Made by a program: the position numbers and the translations under genes. From Polyangiaceae bacterium (lineage in GTDB: Bacteria > Myxococcota_A > Polyangia > Polyangiales > Polyangiaceae), in contig JAPSGB010000011.1 of the NCBI GenBank assembly GCA_035063585.1, positions 1-64,000 on the forward strand: DNA of 64,000 nt. Direction: 5' to 3'. Below, one piece after another: positions 48,953 to 58,234 of this stretch (within the stretch, counting starts at the first letter, position 1; every line of letters begins with the position of its first letter). Below the pieces are notes generated by a model that had not been told where the DNA came from, did no database searches, and saw only the letters and a list, made by a program, of their open reading frames with translations.

Positions 48953-49828
48953 ATGTACTCGCTCGACCCCCTGAGCGGTCGCGCCGCGCTCGTGCTCCCC
49001 ACGACCGGCGGCGTGCTGCGCTCGACGCGCGGCTGGAGCTACCTGCTCGGCGCCCGGCTCGGCGCGGGCGGCTTCGGCGCGGTGTTCGAGTGCGTGGGGC
49101 CCTTCGACCAGTCCTTCGCGCTCAAGGTGCTTCACTCGGGTGAGCGGCCCTACGAGGAGGTGCGCGCGGAGTGGACGCGAGAGGCCGAGCGGCTCTGGCG
49201 CCTGCGCCACCCGAACATCGTCTACGTGTTCGACTATTTCGAGGCCGACGGGCTCTTCTGCCTGGTGCTCGAGCGCTGCGATCACAGCCTCGCCGACATG
49301 CTGGGCGCGCCCTTCACCGATCGGCTGGTGGTGGAGGTGACGCGGCAACTCCTCTTCGCGATCCAGTACCTCGCCGACAACGACATCGTTCACAACGACC
49401 TCCACGCGGGAAATATCCTGGTCGTGCAGGGAGACCAGCTCGTCTGCAAGCTGAGCGATCTCGGCATCGCCGAGGAGCTCTACGGGCGGCCCGCGGTGCG
49501 GCCGAGCATCGTGCACCACCGGATCATGGCGCCCGAGGTGGCCGCAGGGGGCTACACCACCAAGCAGAGCGACCTCTACCAGCTCGGGCTCCTCATGTAC
49601 GCGATGCACGTCGGGGAGTACCCGCTCGACGTCACCCTCGGCACCGACGAGGTGGTGCGTCAGATCCGTGACGGCGTGCCGCGCGCGCGCGCGGAGGCGC
49701 TCGACACCGAGCTCGGCAAGATCATCAGCGTGCTGCTCCGGCGGCACGAGCAGTACCGATATACGTCGCCGGGACAGGTGTGGGAGGAGCTCCGGCGGCT
49801 CGACGTGTGGGCGCGCGCGGCGCCGTGA
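48953..49828 (+). CDS. Atypical stand-alone Ser/Thr kinase domain
   Basis: GAGGFG.V, ALK, HPNIV, HNDLHAGN, DLG, MAPE, SDLYQLG. Confidence 0.85.
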   Translation: MYSLDPLSGRAALVLPTTGGVLRSTRGWSYLLGARLGAGGFGAVFECVGPFDQSFALKVLHSGERPYEEVRAEWTREAERLWRLRHPNIVYVFDYFEADGLFCLVLERCDHSLADMLGAPFTDRLVVEVTRQLLFAIQYLADNDIVHNDLHAGNILVVQGDQLVCKLSDLGIAEELYGRPAVRPSIVHHRIMAPEVAAGGYTTKQSDLYQLGLLMYAMHVGEYPLDVTLGTDEVVRQIRDGVPRARAEALDTELGKIISVLLRRHEQYRYTSPGQVWEELRRLDVWARAAP

Positions 49829-49857
49829 GCGCGGCGCGCCGAGGTCGGCGGCGCGGA

Positions 49858-50193
49858 CTACCCGCTCGAGAGCGATTTTCGGCGCTCGGCCTTCCGCTCG
49901 GTGCAGGCGTCGCAGAGCGAGTAGCCCTTGGCGGCCGCGCCGCACGCGGTGCAGCGCCCGCGCTTGCGCCGCTCGTAGTAGCGCTCCTTCATCTGCTCGG
50001 CGGCGCGCGACGCGCAGGCGTCACAGAGCTGGAAGTCCGGTGAAGCCGCGCCGCAGTCGATGCAGATGCCGGCAGCGCGGCGCTTCTCGCGGTACTTGCG
50101 GAAATACTCGAGGTGGTAGCGGCACTGCTTCCGCCCCGGCGCCGCCGACCGTTGACACTTGCTGCAGAGGCGGGTGTTCGGCGCTTTCTTCAT
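49858..50193 (-). CDS. Basic protein with three tandem Zn-finger-like repeats (111 aa)
   Basis: CxxC-x10-CxxH followed by two CxxC-x9-CxxC; GAGGAG before ATG 50193. Confidence 0.75.
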   Translation of the reverse strand: MKKAPNTRLCSKCQRSAAPGRKQCRYHLEYFRKYREKRRAAGICIDCGAASPDFQLCDACASRAAEQMKERYYERRKRGRCTACGAAAKGYSLCDACTERKAERRKSLSSG

Positions 50194-50384
50194 CGCTGCG
50201 CTCCTCGAGATCAGAGTAGAGAGAATCCAACTTTCCACCCTACACAAGACTCCAATCCTTCGCAAGGGGGAACGAGGGCGCGGGCTTTGGCGCCGCGCGC
50301 CGCGCGCCGCGCGCGGCGGCGCATTTTTCAGGGGCTCGCGCGTGAGCGCCCGTATTCGCCCGCATTTCCTTGGGGGAGCGCCCA

Positions 50385-50423
50385 CGCGCGCCAGCGCGCC
50401 GGCGCAGGGCGCGCTGGCGCGCG
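50385..50423. terminator. 16-bp perfect hairpin just downstream of the duplicated tRNA-Pro 3' end
   Basis: CGCGCGCCAGCGCGCC-7 nt loop-GGCGCGCTGGCGCGCG; no U-tract. Confidence 0.55.
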
Positions 50424-50640
50424 CATGTCGGTCGGGGTGGAGGGATTTGAACCCCCAACTCCGGAAGCCGCTACCGAACATGCGTGACACGCAGGATCAC
50501 GCGGAGATTCGGGATCGCCGCCGCGACGAGGGACGCCCAGAGGCGACTAGAAACGACAGGGGTTCTGGCCACAGGCCAGCTCCGGCGCCCGGGGCGGTCG
50601 GGCGGTGGGTGCCGCCCCCGCGATGTGCTACACGAGCAGC

Positions 50641-51396
50641 GTGACAGCGGCAGCGCGGGGCCTATCGCTCCTCGACTTCCTGGTGGAGTGGATAGCGGAG
50701 CGGCTGGGGGAGCCGATCGCGGACGAACCGTCTACCGGTGTGGCGCCGCTCCCCGAGAGCGAGCTGGCGCCTTTCCGCGCGTTCCTCGCCTTGGCCCGGC
50801 CGGTTGCCGACGCGCCGGACCACAGGGCGTTGCGGCAGGCGTGCGGAACACTGGCGCTTTCGGCGGACTACCTCCGGGCGATGACCAGGCTTCTGGCGGC
50901 TGCACCCGAGCCCGCCGCAGACCAAGCAGCGATTCCACGGGACGAGCTCGCAAAGCGTCTGGCGCGGCACGTCGCCGGCCCCGCCGCGTCGCTGCTGGCC
51001 GAGGCGTTCAGTCTCGCGTGGGACGTCTTCGTGTGGCAGCGAGGGCACGACGCGGTGCCGGCGCCCGCGGACTTCCCCGCGCCGGAGTTGATCGCCGATT
51101 TGCGGCGTCGTCTGGTGCTTGGTGATGAAGTGCCGGCGCGCGTCGCGGAAGTCGTGCTCGCGTCCCTGCGCGGCGAGGTGGCGCTGCTCACCGCGATCGC
51201 GATGCTGTCCGTGCGCGAACGCCTTGACACGTGGAAGGCCATTGGATTGGGCGAGCTGGCCGTGAACGGCATCAAGGCGTCCAAGCGCCTGGTCCTTCCC
51301 ACGTTGGACCGAATCGACCTGGACGGGGAGATCCAGCAGTACGCAGCATACAAGCGTGACCTGGTCCTCCGCCTGGAATCCCGCGCGCAGGACTGA
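50641..51396 (+). CDS. Hypothetical helical protein, 251 aa; candidate antitoxin
   Basis: Inside the islet, ends 6 nt before the MazF-like ORF; atypical codon usage; no family recognised. Confidence 0.65.
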   Translation: MTAAARGLSLLDFLVEWIAERLGEPIADEPSTGVAPLPESELAPFRAFLALARPVADAPDHRALRQACGTLALSADYLRAMTRLLAAAPEPAADQAAIPRDELAKRLARHVAGPAASLLAEAFSLAWDVFVWQRGHDAVPAPADFPAPELIADLRRRLVLGDEVPARVAEVVLASLRGEVALLTAIAMLSVRERLDTWKAIGLGELAVNGIKASKRLVLPTLDRIDLDGEIQQYAAYKRDLVLRLESRAQD

Positions 51397-51402
51397 CGGC
51401 CG

Positions 51403-51765
51403 ATGCGCCAGGTGGGGCTGGGCTCGTTCGGGTGGGCGACGCATGACCCCCGCCGCCCAGGACGCGACATCAAGCGCCGCGCCTGCGTCGTGATCATGGG
51501 GCACGCGGGCCGCCTTGTCTGCGTGTTCGGCCGAACCGAGGCCAACGTCAACAAGCGCCAGGAGTCGGTCGCCGCCGACAGCGCGCTCGGGCGCAAGCTC
51601 GGTCTCGATCACCTGACGTACTTCGAGGCCGAGGCGCATCTCTTGCCAGCGGATTTCGAGCCTCGCGGCCAGCTTGCCGTTCTGCGCGGGGACGCCGGGG
51701 ACGAGGATACGGTCGTGGATGACGACGTATGGCTGCGGTTACGCTCGCTCGGCGATGCGCCGTAG
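51403..51765 (+). CDS. MazF/PemK-like endoribonuclease toxin (putative)
   Basis: G...W...DP.......RRACVVI...G...CV...T and GL...T match the MazF/PemK pattern by eye; 120 aa. Confidence 0.6.
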   Translation: MRQVGLGSFGWATHDPRRPGRDIKRRACVVIMGHAGRLVCVFGRTEANVNKRQESVAADSALGRKLGLDHLTYFEAEAHLLPADFEPRGQLAVLRGDAGDEDTVVDDDVWLRLRSLGDAP

Positions 51766-51784
51766 CGTAGCGCGCGGATGTCGG

Positions 51785-51858
51785 TCGGGGTGGAGGGATT
51801 TGAACCCCCAACAGCCGGCACCCAAAGCCGGCCCTCTACCAGATTGAGGTACACCCCG
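51785..51858 (-). tRNA. tRNA-Pro (TGG)
   Basis: Reverse complement CGGGGTG...CCGGC-TTTGGGT-GCCGG...GGGGG-TTCAAAT-CCCTC-CACCCCG-A; CCA not encoded. Confidence 0.96.
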
Positions 51859-52037
51859 TTCGCTGAGACTCTTGGCCTTGCCGGGCAGCCTCTTAGCCCG
51901 TTCGCGTACGCTCGGCAACGCCTCGTCTCGCGGTGCTCCGCGCGAATTTGCGCCGCGCCGGACCGGCGCGCCGCGCGTCTCCGCGCCGGACCGGCACCCT
52001 CGGCCTCGGTCGTCGTCTTCGACGCGCGGGCGAGCCC

Positions 52038-52358
52038 TCAGTCCGGGATGGGTACCAGTCGGACGTCGAGGTGGACCGGCTCGCGGTCGGACTCTACCAG
52101 GGCGTCCCAGGGGAAGTACCCGGACTTTTGCACGGTGACGCGGTGCTTGCCGACCGGCAGGCGCACCCCGCGGGCGGACACGTAGCCGAGCGGTCCGACG
52201 TACTCCTCGTCGATGTAGACGCTGGCGTCGGCGGTCGCGCGCTCCGGGCTCGCGAGCGACAGCGAGACCGCCGCGCGTCCGACGCCGGGGCCGCAGGCGG
52301 TCGCGCTCACTGCGACGAGCGCGAGCGCGGCGGCGAGGGTGAGCGCGGCACGCGTCAT
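52038..52358 (-). CDS. PEGA-domain lipoprotein
   Basis: Lipobox ATAC; A.VYID...G, L..G.H.V...K.GY; start overlaps the guaA stop. Confidence 0.83.
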   Translation of the reverse strand: MTRAALTLAAALALVAVSATACGPGVGRAAVSLSLASPERATADASVYIDEEYVGPLGYVSARGVRLPVGKHRVTVQKSGYFPWDALVESDREPVHLDVRLVPIPD

Positions 52359-53905
52359 TCCCACTCGATGGTGGCGGGCGGCTTCGAGCTGATGTCGTAG
52401 ACGACGCGGTTCACGCCCTTCACCTCGTTGATGATGCGCGTGCTCATGCGGGCGAGGAGCTCGTGCGGCAGCCGCGCCCAGTCGCTGGTCATCCCGTCGG
52501 TCGAGGTGACCGCGCGGATCGCGCAGGTCTCGTCGTAGGTGCGCCCGTCGCCCATCACGCCGACGCTCCGCACCGGCAAGAGCACCGCGAACGCTTGCCA
52601 CAGGGAATCGTAGAGGCCAGCGTCTCGGATCTCCTCCTGGACGATGACGTCTGCCTGGCGGAGCACCTCGAGCCGCGCGCGGGTGACCTCGCCGAGGCAG
52701 CGGATGGCGAGCCCCGGGCCGGGGAAGGGGTGCCGCCAGAGGACGTCGCGCGGCATGTCCATCGACTCTCCGGCGCGGCGGACCTCGTCCTTGAAGAGCT
52801 CGCGCAGCGGCTCGATGAGCCCGAGCTTCATGTGCGCGGGCAGACCGCCCACGTTGTGGTGGCTCTTGATGACCGCGCTCGGACCGTTCACGCCGACGCT
52901 CTCGATGACGTCCGGGTACACCGTGCCTTGCACCAGCCATTTCGCGTTCTTCACCTGGGCGGCGCGCTCCTCGAACACCTCGATGAACACGCGCCCGATG
53001 ATCTTGCGCTTCTGCTCGGGATCGGTGATGCCCGCGAGCTCGCCGAGGAAGCGCTCGCTCGCTTCTGCCACGATGAGGTTCAAGCGGAAGCTCTCGCGCA
53101 TGGTGCGCTCGACCGCGTCGCGCTCGCCCGCGCGGAGCAGCCCGTTGTCGACGAAGATGCAGGTCAGCCGGTCACCGATGGCGCGGTGGCAGAGCACCGC
53201 GGCGACGCTCGAGTCCACCCCGCCCGACAGCCCGCAGATGGCCTGCTCGTCGGGCGCGACCCGGGCGGCGATGGCTCGCACGCTCGCCTCGACGAAGGAG
53301 CCGGGCGTCCAGCTCGGCCGGAGTCCGGCCACGTCGAAGAGGAACGCCTTCAAGAGCTCGACGCCGCGCGGGGTGTGGACGACCTCCGGGTGGAACTGGA
53401 TCCCGTAGAGCTTCCGCCCCGGGTCGGCGATGACCGCGAGCGGCGCGTTCGGGCTCGCGGCGATGGCGCGGAACCCGGGCGGGAGCGCGGTGAGCCGGTC
53501 CCCGTGGCTCATCCAGACCTCGAGCGTCTCGCCCGCGCGGAACGGCGCGAGGATCCCCTCGGGCTCGCTCACCGTGAGTGTCGCGGGCCCGTACTCGCGA
53601 CGCTCGCTCGGTTCGACCTTGCCGCCGAGGGCGAGCGCCATGAACTGCTCGCCGTAGCAGACCCCGAGCACCGGCAGGCCGAGCGCGAAGAGGCCCGGGT
53701 CGGCGTGCGGCGCGCCGGGAGCGGTCACGCTCTGCGGCCCGCCGCTCAAGACGACCGCGCTCGGCGTGAGCGCGCGGAGCTGCTCGAGCGGGAGCGAGAA
53801 CGGGTGGATCTCGCAGTAGACGCCGCACTCGCGCACGCGGCGCGCGATGAGCTGGGTGTACTGCGACCCGAAATCGAGGATGACGACCGTCTCACGGCTC
53901 GACAT
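52355..53905 (-). CDS. guaA: GMP synthase (glutamine-hydrolysing)
   Basis: [59 protein letters not shown]. Confidence 0.98.
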   Translation of the reverse strand: MSSRETVVILDFGSQYTQLIARRVRECGVYCEIHPFSLPLEQLRALTPSAVVLSGGPQSVTAPGAPHADPGLFALGLPVLGVCYGEQFMALALGGKVEPSERREYGPATLTVSEPEGILAPFRAGETLEVWMSHGDRLTALPPGFRAIAASPNAPLAVIADPGRKLYGIQFHPEVVHTPRGVELLKAFLFDVAGLRPSWTPGSFVEASVRAIAARVAPDEQAICGLSGGVDSSVAAVLCHRAIGDRLTCIFVDNGLLRAGERDAVERTMRESFRLNLIVAEASERFLGELAGITDPEQKRKIIGRVFIEVFEERAAQVKNAKWLVQGTVYPDVIESVGVNGPSAVIKSHHNVGGLPAHMKLGLIEPLRELFKDEVRRAGESMDMPRDVLWRHPFPGPGLAIRCLGEVTRARLEVLRQADVIVQEEIRDAGLYDSLWQAFAVLLPVRSVGVMGDGRTYDETCAIRAVTSTDGMTSDWARLPHELLARMSTRIINEVKGVNRVVYDISSKPPATIEWE

Positions 53906-53993
53906 GGCGCCCCCTCGCTAGCACGGGCCGGGTCGGCCGAGAACGCGCCTCGACGGGGAGCGCTCGGGCGGGCGAAAAACGCGCCGGAGGCGC

Positions 53994-56414
53994 CTAGCCG
54001 CGAGGCTTCACGGTGACCACGAGCGGCGCGTCGGCGGTGAACGCGCGAGCGTGGAAGCGGTGGAGCTCGCCGAGCTCGAGCGGTCCGCGAGCGCTCGCGC
54101 CGCGCCAGAGATCGACGATGCGGCGGCGCGGGTCGAGCGCCTCGGCGGCGCGGACGCGCGCCTCCTCGCGGGCCGCGAGCCGCGCGTCGGCGGCGGTGGC
54201 CGCGCCGCGCGCCAGGCGCTCGAAGAGCCCGCGCACCTGCGCGACCGCGTCCGCCGCGCCCGCGGGCGCGGTCGTGAGCTCGAGCACGAGCGCTCGCGCG
54301 CGCGCGCCGCCGAGCACGGTGGCGCGCGCCGCGGAGGCGAGCGCGGGCGCCCGGAGCGCCTGCTCGAGCCAGCCGCCGGGGCGATTCATCAGCCACGCGG
54401 TCGCGCGCGCGGCCGGGAGCTCGTCGGGCCCGAGGGAGACCGCGAGCCAAGCCGTCGCGGCGCCCGCGTCATCGACCGAGGAGTCCACCGTGAGCTGTCC
54501 GCGCCGCGGCGTGAGCGCGGTCGCCGCCGGGCAGGTCTCGGCGGGGCCGCGCAGCGGGCCGACCCAGCCGTCGAGCGCGGTCGCTACCGCGTCGGCCTGC
54601 GCGCCGTCGACGCTCGCCAAGACCGCGAGCCGGAGCGGCTCGGCGACCAGCTGCCGGCGGCGCGCGCGCGCTTCGTCGGCGCCGGCCTCGCTGAGCGCGC
54701 GCCACGTCCCGCGGGGCTCGAGCCAGGAGGGATGGTCCGGCGCGAGCGACTCGAGGACGAGCGAGCGACCCGGGTTCGCCGCCGCCCCGAGCTGGTCGAG
54801 CAGGTCGGCGCGGGCGCGCACCACCTCCGCGCCGTCGAGCCGGAGCGCGGTGAGCGCGCGTCCGAGCGCGCCGCCCACGCGCCGCGCCTGTTCGGCGGGC
54901 GTCTCCTCCGGGTCGCGGCGCGCCGCGTGCGCGAGCAGGCCGAGGCCATCCGCGGTGACCCAGGGCTCGATGACCACGCCCGGCGCGGCCGCGGCGCGAG
55001 CGAGCGCCCGAATCACGAGCGCGCCGGCCCCCGCGTCGTCGCTCGACTCGCGCCCCGTGCCGCACGGCGAGGCGATGAGCGCCCAGAGCTCGCCCTGCCC
55101 GGCCTCGACGCGCACGCGGCGTTCGACGACGGGCGCGCGCGCCGCCGCGCGCTCACGGTCGAGCGCCTGCGTGAGCGCCGCGCTCGCCGCAGCGCCGCCG
55201 CCCGGGCCGGCCGCGGCCTCGAAGCTCACGAGCTCGCGTGGCGGCCCAGCGGGCCTCTGCGCGGCGAGGCCGCGCCAGGCCGCGCCCACCGCGGCCTCGC
55301 GCGGATCGCTCGGGCGGAGCACGCTGTCATCGAGCGCCCAGTCGTTGCTCGCGGCGCTCGCGGTGCGCCGGGCGACCTCGGCCGCCTCGCGCTCGATGAC
55401 GCCGATGACGGCCGCGGCGCGGGCCGTCGTGACGCGCTCCGCGCCGCTCGCCCGCGCGTCGAGGCGCAGGCACGCGCCCCGCGGCCGCGCGGTGCCGACC
55501 GCGCGCTCGAGCCGCCAGCCGGGCTCGAAGGCGCCGAGCCGCAGGGCGAGCTCCGAGCTCGGCGCGGCGAGCCGGCGCGCGGCCTCGAGCGCCACCCCCG
55601 GGTCGGCGAGCCGAAAGGCGACCGAGATCCGCTGCGCGCGGCCGGCCGCGGCATCCACGCCGATCTGATCGCGCGACGGCCAGGGATCGTCCGGGGCCGG
55701 GCCCGCCGGCCATGGCTCGTCGCGGGAGAGCGCGTCGGCGGCTGCGCCGAGCACCGCCGGCGCGCCGACCGCCGCGAGCGCCACCGAGCTCGCGTTGGCG
55801 ACGCGCGCGCGCCACGCCTCGAGCCGCGCCACCCCGCGCGGACTCGAGGGCTCGAGCGGGGGCGTGTCCGGCGCGGCGTCGAGCTCTCCCGAGCAGGCGT
55901 CCACCGCGGCGGCGGCCGAGCCCGGCTGAGAGCGCGCGCGGAGCCCGCGGAGCGCGCGTGTCACTGCGCCGAGCGCGGGCTCGCCCGCGCCGACCGGAGC
56001 GCGGAGCACGCGGGCCGCCGCCTCCACGAAGCGCGCGGCGTCGCCGGGCTCCGGGACCAGCACGCTCACCGAGAGCCCGAGCCCGTGCGGAGCGCCCGCG
56101 GCCTCCGCGAACCCCGCCGCGCGGAGGCGGGCCTCGAGCAGCGCGGCGAGCGCGACCGACGCCTCGCCGCCGAGGTCGTGCGCGACCGCGAGCGCCATCG
56201 CGCTCGCCGGATCGCCGAGGCGCGCGACCAGGCTGAGGGTCGGGCGATCGGCGGCGCGCCGGAGCTCCACGCGCGACGCGCCTGCGGGCCCGGCCGCGGG
56301 GCGCGGCGGCTCGGGCGGCGGCGGCGCGCCGCCGAGCAGCTGGCAGCCGGCCCCCGCGAGGGTCGCGACGATGAGCGCCGCGTGAGCCGGGAGGGTCGCC
56401 GGCGCCCGCCTCAC
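53994..56414 (-). CDS. Large Ala-rich lipoprotein, possibly an inactive M16/insulinase-like fold
   Basis: Lipobox GAGC after GTG 56414 (overlaps the upstream TGA); two-fold internal repetition with ...LAAVG / LAVLA motifs; no HXXEH. Confidence 0.6.
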   Translation of the reverse strand: MRRAPATLPAHAALIVATLAGAGCQLLGGAPPPPEPPRPAAGPAGASRVELRRAADRPTLSLVARLGDPASAMALAVAHDLGGEASVALAALLEARLRAAGFAEAAGAPHGLGLSVSVLVPEPGDAARFVEAAARVLRAPVGAGEPALGAVTRALRGLRARSQPGSAAAAVDACSGELDAAPDTPPLEPSSPRGVARLEAWRARVANASSVALAAVGAPAVLGAAADALSRDEPWPAGPAPDDPWPSRDQIGVDAAAGRAQRISVAFRLADPGVALEAARRLAAPSSELALRLGAFEPGWRLERAVGTARPRGACLRLDARASGAERVTTARAAAVIGVIEREAAEVARRTASAASNDWALDDSVLRPSDPREAAVGAAWRGLAAQRPAGPPRELVSFEAAAGPGGGAAASAALTQALDRERAAARAPVVERRVRVEAGQGELWALIASPCGTGRESSDDAGAGALVIRALARAAAAPGVVIEPWVTADGLGLLAHAARRDPEETPAEQARRVGGALGRALTALRLDGAEVVRARADLLDQLGAAANPGRSLVLESLAPDHPSWLEPRGTWRALSEAGADEARARRRQLVAEPLRLAVLASVDGAQADAVATALDGWVGPLRGPAETCPAATALTPRRGQLTVDSSVDDAGAATAWLAVSLGPDELPAARATAWLMNRPGGWLEQALRAPALASAARATVLGGARARALVLELTTAPAGAADAVAQVRGLFERLARGAATAADARLAAREEARVRAAEALDPRRRIVDLWRGASARGPLELGELHRFHARAFTADAPLVVTVKPRG

Positions 56415-57247
56415 CGGACCAGATCCGAGGCCGACCGCGGTGCGATGCTGAAGTTCTGGAAGTATTGCACGACGCCGGTGACGGACTTCAGCGTGGTGCC
56501 CTTCTCGAGGGAAACCCCGCTCCCCGCCACGTCGAAGAGCGCGTTGGTGAGCGTCGGGACCTTGCCGAGCGACACGCCGCCGCCCGGATCGAGCCGCACG
56601 GAATATCGCCCGTTCGCGCTCTGATACGGAGCGTCGAAGACGCGCACGTTCTCGAGGCGAACCAGCATGCCGAGCCACCTCCGGCCCTTCGCGTAGTCGA
56701 CCAGATCACCGAGCTCGATGGTGATGGGCTCGAGCGGCGCATACTCGAAGCGGAGCGACACCGTGCCGCCCACGAGCTCCGGCAGCGTCTCGCCGTCAGG
56801 GAAGGGGAGCGAGGCCGGTCCGGCGAACTCTTGATACTGTCCGCGCACGTCCACCACGTCGCCGGAGGCGACGCGGAGCGCCGGGGGGTTGAAGCTCGCG
56901 TCGAAGAGCAGGATCCCGGCGTACGGGCAGGTGACCCCCGGCCGGGCGCAGCCCTCGAGCCTCCCGTCCGCGGCCTCGCGCGCGAGATCCTGCACGAAGA
57001 TTCCGCCCGCGCTCTTGCCGTCGTGCGTCTCGTCGAAGCGGTCCACCGCCACCACCGTCACGCCGGTGACGAGCTGCACGGCGGTCTCGGACGGACGCGG
57101 CGCGGAAGGGTCGTTCAGCGTTGCCAGGCGGCTGCCGGAGCCGATGACCGCCGGCTCGGCGAGCGGGACGCTGTCTCCGCCGTTGCCCGAGCCGCAGCCG
57201 ACGGCGAGGAGGGCGACGAGGGCCGAGCTCGGGATCCGGGCGCGCAC
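56411..57247 (-). CDS. Lipoprotein with tandem OB-fold-like domains
   Basis: Lipobox AVGC; GIFVQD...YAGI, GDVVDV.G...EF...T, GMLVRL.NV, SVTGV......I.PR...D. Confidence 0.75.
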   Translation of the reverse strand: MRARIPSSALVALLAVGCGSGNGGDSVPLAEPAVIGSGSRLATLNDPSAPRPSETAVQLVTGVTVVAVDRFDETHDGKSAGGIFVQDLAREAADGRLEGCARPGVTCPYAGILLFDASFNPPALRVASGDVVDVRGQYQEFAGPASLPFPDGETLPELVGGTVSLRFEYAPLEPITIELGDLVDYAKGRRWLGMLVRLENVRVFDAPYQSANGRYSVRLDPGGGVSLGKVPTLTNALFDVAGSGVSLEKGTTLKSVTGVVQYFQNFSIAPRSASDLVR

Positions 57248-57316
57248 AGTGCGCCTTCTAGCACAGCCGCGCCGGCGCCGGCCTCGCCGCGCGCGCCGCC
57301 GCGCGGAAAACCCCGC

Positions 57317-57967
57317 TCATGCCGTGAGGTTCCGCTCGGTGAGCAAGGTCTCGAGGCGGGCGCGGATCTTGTGCTTCTTCGAGTAGACGGTCTTCACGCT
57401 GATGCCCATCTGCTCCGCGATCGCCTCGGGAGCGAGCCCCTCGCCGTAGTAGAGGGTGACGAACTCGCGGTCCTTGTCGCTGAAGTCCGCGAGGAGCGCC
57501 TCGACGAGCCCGAGCCGCTGCCGCTGCACGCACGCGTCGTGAGGATTGGGGAGCTCGGACGAGAGGCCCTCGGCCTCGGTGAGCGCGGCGCGCCTCGGCT
57601 CCCGCTTCGCGGTCCGCAGGAAGTCGTAGGCCGCGTGGATGGCGAGCATGCCGAGCCAGCTGCCGAGCTTGCTCCCGCGCTCGGGCTCGAAGCTACGGAG
57701 CTTGCGCTTGTCGTTCGCGAGCAGGCTGAGGCAGAGGGTCGCGTAGATCTCGCGCACGTCGTCGGGGGCGACCACCGCGCTGAAGCGCGAGGTGACGCGG
57801 GTGATGCAGCGGAAGATGAGCCGGCCGTAGCGCGTGTTGAAGTTGCGCCAGGCGCGCTCGTCGTCGGCGAGCAGGCCGTCGATGAGCTCGCGCTCGTCAC
57901 CCGCAAAGGCGCCGGGGGCGGCGCCAAGCGCCAGGTTCGAGACGGGGACGAGCGGTGAAGCGAACAT
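57317..57967 (-). CDS. ECF (sigma70 group 4) RNA polymerase sigma factor
   Basis: DE.AW..F..RY, L..F......L.SWL..LA....YD.LR, EIAE.MGIS.KTV.S; GGAGG before ATG 57967. Confidence 0.92.
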   Translation of the reverse strand: MFASPLVPVSNLALGAAPGAFAGDERELIDGLLADDERAWRNFNTRYGRLIFRCITRVTSRFSAVVAPDDVREIYATLCLSLLANDKRKLRSFEPERGSKLGSWLGMLAIHAAYDFLRTAKREPRRAALTEAEGLSSELPNPHDACVQRQRLGLVEALLADFSDKDREFVTLYYGEGLAPEAIAEQMGISVKTVYSKKHKIRARLETLLTERNLTA

Positions 57968-58016
57968 CGAGACGACCTCCTCGGGGGCGCCGCGCGGCGC
58001 CGTCGAGGAAGCTCCA

Positions 58017-58032
58017 AGCATACCCCGTGCCA
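58017..58032 (-). promoter_or_regulatory. Sigma54 (-24/-12) promoter TGGCACGGGGTATGCT upstream of the ECF gene
   Basis: GG-N10-GC spacing with TGGCACG; followed upstream by an AT-rich tract and the palindrome CGTCAC-ATC-GTGACG at 58098-58112. Confidence 0.78.
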
Positions 58033-58234
58033 GATTATTTCGGCGTGATTCCGCTTATTTATGGAGCGTAACCGACCGTAACCGCGTCACCCGGCAGCGT
58101 CACATCGTGACGCCCTCGCCCCCCGCGTGAGGGTCTTACGCTGGCGCCCGCGCGTTTTCTCCCCGCGCCGCCGGCCGCGCCGGACCGGCCCTATTCCTCT
58201 CCCCAAGGAGCCCGGCTCTAGTAGGCTCCGCCGC

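Larger units (their letters stand above)
50425..51812. mobile_element. Genomic islet in tRNA-Pro bounded by 35-bp att-like direct repeats (50425-50459 and 51778-51812)
   Basis: ATGTCGGTCGGGGTGGAGGGATTTGAACCCCCAAC occurs at both ends and covers the tRNA 3' portion; two cargo ORFs; no integrase. Confidence 0.85.
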
